From Rickettsiales bacterium (GTDB taxonomy: Bacteria; Pseudomonadota; Alphaproteobacteria; Rickettsiales; UBA3002), in assembly GCA_044351685.1 (NCBI GenBank), contig JBILFK010000001.1, positions 1-36,307 on the forward strand: 36,307 nt of DNA, read 5' to 3'. The notes below the pieces were generated by a model. That model was not told where the DNA came from. It did no database searches and saw nothing but the letters and a program-made list of their open reading frames with translations. Shown piece by piece: positions 21,054 to 28,475 of the stretch. The translations under genes and the position numbers were made by a program. How positions within the stretch are numbered: the first letter of the stretch is position 1; every line of letters starts with the position of its first letter.

Positions 21054-21227
21054 CGGCCGAACACATACTGTGCTGGCCTCCGCGTAGCTTCGCTAGCTCT
21101 TGGCAGACTCGCTTCTACTGAAGCTCGAATAACGAATGTTCTTGTGATGCGAGCGCAGTAGCGCGAGCCAGTCATGAACATGCGAAGCATCGCCTCATAG
21201 CGATTTCAGTAGAAATCGCTGGAGGCA
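21054..21227 (+). repeat. Dispersed intergenic repeat (copy 3, longest: core + right arm + terminal hairpin)
   Basis: Core 21054..21111. The right arm 21112..21192 is matched in inverted orientation at 23221..23296. Terminal hairpin GCCTC-at-AGCGATTT-cagtag-AAATCGCT-g-GAGGC lies at about 21193..21227. It sits between the convergent thyX and msrB genes. Confidence 0.85.
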
Positions 21228-21233
21228 TTAAAA

Positions 21234-21797
21234 TTACTTCTTATCGAACAGATGGCTGTAATCTTCGTAGCCCTCATCGGCCAGTTTTTCCTTCGGCACA
21301 AATTTCAGCGCCGCCGAATTGATGCAATAGCGCATGCCGCCTTTTTCTTTGGGGCCATCGTTGAACACATGGCCTAAATGCGAATCGCTGCTTTTGCTGC
21401 GCACTTCGGTGCGCTCCATGCCGTAGCTGCGATCGGTTTTATCGACAACTTCTTGCGCATCGATCGGCTTGGTAAAGCTGGGCCAGCCCGAGCCGGAATC
21501 AAACTTGTCGGTGGAAGCGAATAGCGGCTTGCCCGAATGCGCATCGACATAAATACCATCGGCTTTGTTATCCCAGTATTTGTTGCGGAATGCGGGTTCG
21601 GTGCCATTCTCTTTGGTGACGTAGTGGGTCATATCATCGGTGGGGGCGTGTTTGAAAATAGCCATAGATTCCTCACTGTTCGTTTTAGGGGTTGGTTCGG
21701 CGAATGCTTCCGATTGCTGCAAGGCAACGCTCGCCATGCCAACAGAAAGCGTGGTGGCAAAAACAAAAATGAAGCCGGTAAAGAAAGGCGAATGCAT
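21234..21797 (-). CDS. msrB: Peptide-methionine (R)-S-oxide reductase MsrB with N-terminal export signal
   Basis: 187 aa with SelR/MsrB motifs 'GSGWPSF', '[10 protein letters not shown]' and 'RYCINS'. The N-terminal '[29 protein letters not shown]' looks like a signal peptide. The ATG at 21797 has GGAGG at 5-nt spacing. An internal ATG (Met45) with a weaker Shine-Dalgarno would give a cytoplasmic-size protein. Confidence 0.85.
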   Translation of the reverse strand: MHSPFFTGFIFVFATTLSVGMASVALQQSEAFAEPTPKTNSEESMAIFKHAPTDDMTHYVTKENGTEPAFRNKYWDNKADGIYVDAHSGKPLFASTDKFDSGSGWPSFTKPIDAQEVVDKTDRSYGMERTEVRSKSSDSHLGHVFNDGPKEKGGMRYCINSAALKFVPKEKLADEGYEDYSHLFDKK

Positions 21798-21854
21798 GAT
21801 AACCTCCGTGTTACCAACTAATTCGTTGCCGAGGGCATAATAGTTACATAGCGT

Positions 21855-23180
21855 GTGCTAGAAATGCACGCAACCAACCACTATCATATACTGCACACGC
21901 TTCCCGCCCTTGAGGCATGGGAGATGCCGCCCTTGCTGGAACAGCAGGCACGGCAACTGGTAGAATCGGGCAGGCTGCGCATTAATGCCGATTATGAGCG
22001 CAACTTTGTACGCCATGTCAGCGGCGAAACCGATTTATGTTTCACCGAGCGCGAACTGACCGACCCGATTTTATTGCTGCGCACCAAAACCGCGCTTGCC
22101 AAATCGGTGCCGCGCGGCATGGGGCCGATGGCCGTGAACAGCCTGATTGCCGATTTGCTGAAGGAAATGAAAAAGGCCCGCGGCATCGACCCTGAGCGCG
22201 AAATGCGCATTGCCCGCCTGATGGTGCAGGCCACCCACCCCGCCGTAATTGCCACCTTACTGCGCGAAAGCACCGAGCTATTTGTTTCGTATAGTCACAA
22301 TGTCAGCGATTTAATGGCGCTGCATTTCTGGCAAACGCATGGCACCGCCAGCGGCATGCAAACCAGCTGCGATAATGGCTCGGCGGTGTATGTTTCCTGC
22401 GGCGGTGATCCGTTTTTTGAGGGCGACCCTAAAAACAAAACCTACACCACCGATGGCTTTCCCTCACTCGCGCGGCTGATGATTATTGCCGGGCAGGAAC
22501 TGGGGCACTATGCCGATTTGCGGCGCGAGCCGAATGTAGGGATTGTGGGCCGCTTCTCGGCACATCTGGATAGGTTACGCCCTACTGAACCTTATAAGCG
22601 CGCGCGTGACCGCGATATCGCCCGCGTGCAGGCCTTCCACCATATGCTGGCCAAACGCGGCTTTGCGGCATTGCTGAAAGCCGAGCACGGCGTGGCGTTT
22701 TTTAGTAAGCGCCTGAAATACACCCCACCCTGGATGCTGGCGCAGCTCTGGCGCTTTGCCTGCTGGCTGAGTTTTACCGTGCGCACGATTGCGCTGCCCC
22801 TACCACCGTACACTCACACCACGCCGTACCTTCGCTGCGGCGAATATTACCACACACTGCTTGCCGATATGGCATTCAACCTTGCCCCCGAAGCCGATGC
22901 CTACCGCCGCAGCAACCCGGTGCATGAAGAAGCTATCGCCTGTATCGAAGCGCTCGCCCGCGTGCCGCAGCAGGTGCATAAATGGGGACATGAAGTGACC
23001 GCGCTTTGCATGGCTGACTTATATAAATTGTATTATGGGGAAGTGATTCCCGCGCTGGAAAGTGGCTTATCCGCCAATTTGCGCAAGCAACTACCCACCG
23101 CACATCGGCTGCCATTGCATCGGTTGATGTTCAAATACGTGCGCCAAAGCTTCCGCAAGCGCCCCGATTATTTGAGGTAA
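21855..23180 (+). CDS. Hypothetical protein (orphan)
   Basis: 441-aa ORF (GTG 21855 or ATG 21864) with coding-like composition. No signal peptide and no recognisable domain. Confidence 0.55.
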   Translation: MLEMHATNHYHILHTLPALEAWEMPPLLEQQARQLVESGRLRINADYERNFVRHVSGETDLCFTERELTDPILLLRTKTALAKSVPRGMGPMAVNSLIADLLKEMKKARGIDPEREMRIARLMVQATHPAVIATLLRESTELFVSYSHNVSDLMALHFWQTHGTASGMQTSCDNGSAVYVSCGGDPFFEGDPKNKTYTTDGFPSLARLMIIAGQELGHYADLRREPNVGIVGRFSAHLDRLRPTEPYKRARDRDIARVQAFHHMLAKRGFAALLKAEHGVAFFSKRLKYTPPWMLAQLWRFACWLSFTVRTIALPLPPYTHTTPYLRCGEYYHTLLADMAFNLAPEADAYRRSNPVHEEAIACIEALARVPQQVHKWGHEVTALCMADLYKLYYGEVIPALESGLSANLRKQLPTAHRLPLHRLMFKYVRQSFRKRPDYLR

Positions 23181-23296
23181 CCATTGTGCCCTGCGATTTT
23201 TCCTAAAATCGCAATGGCACGTGCTTCGCAGTTCATGACTGGCTCCGGCTACTACCGTCGCATCACACAAAGAATAAGCCTTGAGCTTGGCTGAAG
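23181..23296 (-). repeat. Dispersed intergenic repeat (copy 4: hairpin + right arm, inverted)
   Basis: Hairpin CCATT-gtgccc-TGCGATTTT-tcct-AAAATCGCA-ATGG (23181..23217) shares the GCGATTT/AAATCGC stem with copy 3. 23221..23296 ('gtgcttcgcagttcatgactggctccggctact...') aligns to the reverse complement of 21112..21192 at roughly 80 percent by eye. Confidence 0.75.
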
Positions 23297-23355
23297 CAAA
23301 ACCAACATTCCTTCTTCACAAAACTGTAACAAAAATCCTCAGCATTTTGGCCGTT

Positions 23356-23389
23356 TTGTCATGATGCTGTCACATAAGATTGGTAGATT
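23356..23389 (+). promoter_or_regulatory. Pho-box-like direct repeat plus -10-like hexamer upstream of the 786-aa orphan
   Basis: TTGTCAT-GATG-CTGTCAC (23356..23373), a 10-nt spacer, then TAGATT (23384..23389). The geometry is identical to 17973..18006. A weaker box, TCTTCAC-AAAA-CTGTAAC, lies at 23313..23330. Confidence 0.55.
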
Positions 23390-23484
23390 CAGGGTAACAA
23401 TAAAAGCAATACTGTATTTAACAGCGCAAATGGATACCGCACAGATGACGAAAGCATCAACAGTAATAATTCTCGGAGGCAACC

Positions 23485-25845
23485 ATGGCTGATGGTGACG
23501 CCCAGCAGCCGAGCGCTACGGATACCAGTGGTATCAGCCGCCAGCTCCGTGAAGCCAGAGAAACCATGGATAACGCCGGTGGTATCTTTGGTACCATCAT
23601 GGGCTTCATTCCCTGGATTCTGATTGCCCTTGTAGCTTTACCTTTTATCAGCATGATCCCCGGCATCCGCGAATCTGGCTTTGGCCAATGGGTACGCGGC
23701 ATGGTCGATCAGGGCATGATGATGGCAGAGAACATGACCAATGGTGGCCTGTTTAGCGGCACTACCCAACGCGTACTTGATGCTGCAACTCCCGAAAACC
23801 GCGCCAACATTCTTGAGCAGGGCGGGCTTCCCGAAGCCGCCGCTGCCTATATTGCAGATAACGCCAACTACACCGCCATTAAAGCTGCGGTGGGTGGCAA
23901 TATCCGCACCCTTAGCACTGCGGCCGGTATGGCGCAGTTAATTGAGCGCGCCCCCACCCATGCACGCGGCCTGATCGATGCCTTTGCCCGCGGTCGGGCT
24001 ACCGCTACCACCACCACCGCACTGCCCCCCGCGATCACCGGCCTGCTGCAAGATCAAACCGCATTTGCCCGCCTGATGGGCAATGCCAAATCACGCGGCG
24101 TTATTTTACACGCCGTAGAAGTACTTGGCCCCCGCCGCGAAGGCAGCACCACCGAACCGATGATGACCAGCGCCCAGCTTGAAGGCCTGCTGAGTGGCGC
24201 CACGCCTGCATTAAGTGTCGAAGATTTCCGCAGCCTTGCTGTACGCGCACTGCGTGGTGAAAATATTTCAGCCGATGTAGCACGCCTTGCTGGCGTAATT
24301 GCCGCCACCGCCCCTGTTGCCGATGTCGCTGCACAAATTGTACCTGAAACAGCTTCTGCCGAAGTACGCGGCAATGTAGAGCGCATGATCACCGATTTAC
24401 GCGCACATTTCACCACCGAACAAGTTACCACCATTACCGCATCGCTCACCGGCACCGGTGCCATCAACCCAATAGCTATCATTCAATCGATGTATGCAGC
24501 GAATGCTGAAGGCGCGAACGCCTTCTTAAGCAATGCCGATAACCTCGCTGCTATTAACGCCCTGATTTCTGCGCGTACACCAGCAACTACCACAGAACCC
24601 ACTGCACCGCAGCCTTTGGCAACGGCTCTTCTGGGCAATGCAACTGGCCGCACAGCGATTGCTGGCCTAGTGCGTGATTTGGCGGCGATTGACCCGCAGG
24701 CGCCTGCCCAACTGATGACCATTCTGGCGATGCCTGCAAATAATCCTAACGAAGTCAATGCTCGTAACACACAACTGTTGCGCTTACTCAATGCTGGCGG
24801 TGACGCAACCAAAGCGCAAGGATACATCGCAGCTTTCACTAGCTTCTCGCAAGGCATCAGCGGCATTGACGCCCCTGCCGGCTCTGAACTCGATACTCTT
24901 AAAACAACATTAAGCACCACTATGGTTGGCTTAACACCACCACGCCTACGCGCCGTTGCTGACGCAGCTGAAAATGCGCCAGCATTGTTGGGTGCTGTAG
25001 ACCGTATCCGTGCCAATAGCACAAGGCTTGAGTTTGGTCTGGTGGAAGCGCTAATGAATGATGAAGACCGTCGTGGTTTGCTGGGTCGCAACGCGCAAAC
25101 AGGTGCAGAAAATTCGGTGCAGCCATTAGGCGATGTGTTGCGCAGCGAAGCAAGAAATACTAGCTTAGATGCGAATACTCGCGCTGCACTCAACATGCTT
25201 ACTCAGCGGTTCCGCGTGAATAATGTCGAAGGCTATCATAACTTAGCTGCGGTCGTGAATTTGGTGGAAAGATTAGACACCATCACCGGCCAAGAAGCAG
25301 GGCAAAACGAACAGCAAGCCGACCAACAAAATGCTCGCATGTTAAGCTTTGTTGTTGGCATGATGAATGGCGAAAAAATTCACTGTGTTAACCCAGGCGC
25401 TTCTAACAGCGAGCTGCGCTTCAGACTCGATTCATGGGAATATACGCCGGGCGGAGCAACCAACCAAACGGTTTCTGCAACTGAGATTGCTACATTCTTC
25501 CGCAACGATTCACAGCGCGCTGCAATTTACAGCCTGATTAATACCATGCAACCTGCGGCAGGTGAGGCTGGGGCCTTCCTTCGCTTCCTGAAAGAAGGCG
25601 GCCCAGGCAACAACAACTGGTGGCGCGATAGCAACCGTGATGGAACGGTGTCGAGGGATACGTGGCTTAATGCCAACGAAGGCTTCGTACAGGTGCTTAT
25701 GGATGCAAATGCAATAGGATATGTTTTGCGCAGCCGTTCTGATGCGCATAACGGTCACACAGATTATGTAGGCGCCGTGAGTGCCGCACTCATTGGCAAC
25801 AGGGACATTCTGGACCGCATGAGTGCGATGGCTCCCGCTCGCTAA
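23485..25845 (+). CDS. Large Ala-rich orphan protein with one N-proximal hydrophobic segment
   Basis: 786-aa ORF with GGAGG 5 nt upstream of the ATG. The hydrophobic stretch 'GGIFGTIMGFIPWILIALVALPFISMIPGI' spans about residues 32-61. The rest is Ala/Thr/Asn-rich and looks helical. No recognisable domain. Confidence 0.7.
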   Translation: MADGDAQQPSATDTSGISRQLREARETMDNAGGIFGTIMGFIPWILIALVALPFISMIPGIRESGFGQWVRGMVDQGMMMAENMTNGGLFSGTTQRVLDAATPENRANILEQGGLPEAAAAYIADNANYTAIKAAVGGNIRTLSTAAGMAQLIERAPTHARGLIDAFARGRATATTTTALPPAITGLLQDQTAFARLMGNAKSRGVILHAVEVLGPRREGSTTEPMMTSAQLEGLLSGATPALSVEDFRSLAVRALRGENISADVARLAGVIAATAPVADVAAQIVPETASAEVRGNVERMITDLRAHFTTEQVTTITASLTGTGAINPIAIIQSMYAANAEGANAFLSNADNLAAINALISARTPATTTEPTAPQPLATALLGNATGRTAIAGLVRDLAAIDPQAPAQLMTILAMPANNPNEVNARNTQLLRLLNAGGDATKAQGYIAAFTSFSQGISGIDAPAGSELDTLKTTLSTTMVGLTPPRLRAVADAAENAPALLGAVDRIRANSTRLEFGLVEALMNDEDRRGLLGRNAQTGAENSVQPLGDVLRSEARNTSLDANTRAALNMLTQRFRVNNVEGYHNLAAVVNLVERLDTITGQEAGQNEQQADQQNARMLSFVVGMMNGEKIHCVNPGASNSELRFRLDSWEYTPGGATNQTVSATEIATFFRNDSQRAAIYSLINTMQPAAGEAGAFLRFLKEGGPGNNNWWRDSNRDGTVSRDTWLNANEGFVQVLMDANAIGYVLRSRSDAHNGHTDYVGAVSAALIGNRDILDRMSAMAPAR

Positions 25846-26097
25846 ACATTCCCCCTTTTCATTTTCGCGCAGCGTGCTATACTTTGTCTGTTCCTAATGT
25901 ATAGGCGGTGCGGCAAGGTAAGCAGCATCAAAGTTCACATGTAGGCTGCGTGTGTTACGTAAACACCCGCGCACACGGCTTTTGCAGCACACGAAGTGAA
26001 GCAAAATCCACGCACGTAGCATCGGTTGAACATGACGTTCGATTTTTATTTAAGGTTCGATGATTCGTTGAAGCTTGCCACCATGTGGCGGGGGCGT

Positions 26098-26112
26098 TGG
26101 CATTTGTTTGGC
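26098..26112 (+). promoter_or_regulatory. Sigma54-type (-24/-12) promoter candidate for the flagellin gene
   Basis: TGGCAT-TTGTT-TGGC has GG and GC at the canonical 10-nt separation (consensus TGGCAC-N5-TTGC). It ends 31 nt upstream of the preferred ATG at 26144. Confidence 0.35.
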
Positions 26113-26143
26113 CCGTTGCGGCATGAGCGTACGGGAGCACATC

Positions 26144-28453
26144 ATGACGATCTCATCCTTCAACCAATCGAGCAATTATAACGCAGCACTTTTTCCACTT
26201 TCGCGCGGTGCAGGCGCGATTGCAGATTCCACATACCGGCTAGCCTCGGGCAGCCGCTTCGCACGCGCAGGCGATGATGTGGCGGCGCTTTCCATTTCCA
26301 CGCGCCAGCAAAGCCAGCTTAGTTCGCTGCGGCAATCACTCGTCAATTCAGCGCAGGCGAATTCACTGCTGCAGGTGGCCTATGGCGGGCTATCGCAGGT
26401 TTCCGATTTGCTGACCAACCTGAAGGCGGTGGCCACACAGGCCAATTCCGGCACGCTCACTAATACCGAGCGCACCTTCCTGAACCAGCAATTCACCAGT
26501 TATCTGGATGAAATTGATCGTATCGCCAGCACCACCAGCTTTGGTGATGTAAAATTGCTCGATGGTTCCATCAGCAACGATAACAGCCTCACCACTGGCA
26601 ATGTCAGCGCCACCAACGCTACGGGTCAGCTGATATTCAACGCCAATATCGGTGCCGGGCAAACCGTGGTGTTAAACGGCGTAACATTCACCGAGGGCGT
26701 GAATTTTGCCGCAGGCATCACCACCAATGATTCGGTGCAGAATTTAGCCAATGCACTCAATACCAGCACCAACACGCTGCTTAGCGGCGCATCGTATCTG
26801 GCGGTCGGCGCATCGCTGAATATCACGGCCAAAGCCGGCGGCGAATTGGGGCGGCTTTACCGTATTTCTACCACCGGCACGGCCAACGATTCAGCCATCG
26901 GCAGCACCACCAATATTGCCACCACCGTGCTGCTGCAAGGCGGCAGCGATAACGGTATTTCGGCAGGCAGCACGCTGGCCAGCGGCACCATTGGCGATAC
27001 GATTTTAAACACCCAATCGCAGACAGCGGCCTTCAGCAATCTGGTGTTTTCCGGCAATGCTGCGGGTGGCCAAACCCTTACCATCGATAACGGCAATGGC
27101 GGCAACATCACCTTTAACTTTGTGGTGGGTGCGCCAGTAACCAATACGCAAATTCAGGTGGGCGCCACCACGCAGGATACCATTCGCAATATCGTTGGCA
27201 CGCTGAGCAATTACAGCGGCACCGACGATTATGTGATTCGCCAGCTGCAATACGATGTAAACGGCACCACCCTCACCATTCGTGGCCGCCTGCCCGGCAC
27301 CGTGAATGATCTGGTTTCCGTTGCCGCAAACGTTGGCGAAACCATTGCTAACGCGGTATTTTCCAACGGTGCGCTTAATAACGGTACTGCTACCGGCGTC
27401 AGTACCGTGGGTATCAGCAACCCCGATTTTGTCGGTAGAATTTCGGGCTTCAGCGGCACGTTTTTGGGTGCCGATAACATCACTCTTAGCCTCACGGTGG
27501 GCGGCAGCACCTATAGCGGCACCATTGCCGATACCACGCCTGCAGCCAACACCACAGTGCGCTTGAACTCAACGAATGGCGGCTATTTTGACATTGAACT
27601 GCGCGCAGCCAGCGGGCTTACCGTGAATAACGCCAGCGATGCCACCGCCTTTGCCGCGCGCATTGATAACGCATTTTCGACATTGAATTTTACGCAGGAA
27701 CGTGCGGTCACCAGCCTTACAGGTGCGGGTGCATTGGCGGGCGGCAGCGCGTTTTTTCGCGGCGAAGATTTTTCGGCGCGGCGCATTGATAGCATCGATG
27801 TCACCGAAAGTGCTGCTGGCGATGCGCGCATTGTGATTAGCGTGAACGGCGAAACCTTCCGCAGTCAAAGCGGCATTGGCAATGCCGTGGGTGCGCGCCA
27901 GCGATTAACACTGGTAAGCGATAGCGATGCTAACCGCAGCCTCACGATCGTGAATGGCAGCGTGGGTAGCAGCCTTACCAACAGCACAGAGGCCAGCGAT
28001 TTCGAGGCCGATTTGCGCGCCAGTTTTGGTACCGATTACGCAGGCAATGGCACACTGACTTTTGCAGTGAGTGAGGGCAGTGATATTGGCGTGCGCATTC
28101 GCGGTGCGGGAACCGAGCGGCTGTTTAACAGCAGCATCCCCAGTGTGGAAACGCAGGTGAATGCTGGTAACGCAATTAGCGCCATTGACGACGCCGCCGA
28201 TGTGTTAGGCGAGGTGCTTGCAGAGGTAAGCAGCAGCCAGGCACGCCTGCAATTTAACGATGCGAATTTATCGAGCAGCATTAGCAATATCGATGCGGCG
28301 CGCAGCGTGCTGGCCGATACCGATATCGCCACCGAATCGACACGCTATGCGAGTTTGCTGGTGCAGCAACAGGCTGGCATTGCGGTGCTGGCACAAGCGC
28401 AATCGCTGAGCAGCAGCCTGCTGGAATTGGTGCGGGTGAAGCTGCTTAGCTAG
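26144..28453 (+). CDS. Giant flagellin-family protein (~770 aa)
   Basis: The ORF is open from 26075. ATG 26144 follows GGGAG at 6-nt spacing. The N-terminus 'RLASGSRFARAGDDVAALSISTRQQSQLSSLRQSLVNSAQANSLLQVAYGGLSQVSDLLTNLKAVATQANSGTLTNTERTFLNQQFTSYLDEIDRIASTTSFGDVKLLDGS' follows the flagellin D0/D1 pattern. The C-terminus 'SSSQARLQFNDANLSSSISNIDAARSVLADTDIATESTRYASLLVQQQAGIAVLAQAQSLSSSLLELV' follows the flagellin C-terminal pattern. The central ~500 aa are Thr/Asn/Gly/Ser-rich and include 'flagellin IN'-like segments such as 'VVLNGVTFTEG...NDSVQNLANALNTS'. Confidence 0.8.
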   Translation: MTISSFNQSSNYNAALFPLSRGAGAIADSTYRLASGSRFARAGDDVAALSISTRQQSQLSSLRQSLVNSAQANSLLQVAYGGLSQVSDLLTNLKAVATQANSGTLTNTERTFLNQQFTSYLDEIDRIASTTSFGDVKLLDGSISNDNSLTTGNVSATNATGQLIFNANIGAGQTVVLNGVTFTEGVNFAAGITTNDSVQNLANALNTSTNTLLSGASYLAVGASLNITAKAGGELGRLYRISTTGTANDSAIGSTTNIATTVLLQGGSDNGISAGSTLASGTIGDTILNTQSQTAAFSNLVFSGNAAGGQTLTIDNGNGGNITFNFVVGAPVTNTQIQVGATTQDTIRNIVGTLSNYSGTDDYVIRQLQYDVNGTTLTIRGRLPGTVNDLVSVAANVGETIANAVFSNGALNNGTATGVSTVGISNPDFVGRISGFSGTFLGADNITLSLTVGGSTYSGTIADTTPAANTTVRLNSTNGGYFDIELRAASGLTVNNASDATAFAARIDNAFSTLNFTQERAVTSLTGAGALAGGSAFFRGEDFSARRIDSIDVTESAAGDARIVISVNGETFRSQSGIGNAVGARQRLTLVSDSDANRSLTIVNGSVGSSLTNSTEASDFEADLRASFGTDYAGNGTLTFAVSEGSDIGVRIRGAGTERLFNSSIPSVETQVNAGNAISAIDDAADVLGEVLAEVSSSQARLQFNDANLSSSISNIDAARSVLADTDIATESTRYASLLVQQQAGIAVLAQAQSLSSSLLELVRVKLLS

Positions 28454-28475
28454 GCGGCAATACCGCGCACACCAT

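Noticed and set aside
22494-22508. 'QELGH' in the 441-aa orphan as a zincin HExxH-type metalloprotease motif.
   Set aside because: The first His is replaced by Gln and no downstream third ligand motif is evident, so a peptidase cannot be called.
24483-25196. 237-aa minus-strand ORF inside the 786-aa gene, and the similar antisense ORF 9391..9951 opposite mreB.
   Set aside because: These are shadow ORFs in GC-rich, Ala-rich coding DNA. The sense-strand ORFs are much longer and have Shine-Dalgarno sequences.
25955-25962. TTACGTAA palindrome with partially symmetric flanks upstream of the flagellin gene, considered as an enhancer or operator.
   Set aside because: Only 8 bp are perfectly symmetric, so chance occurrence is expected several times per window. 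It does not resemble any flagellar regulator site I can recall with confidence.
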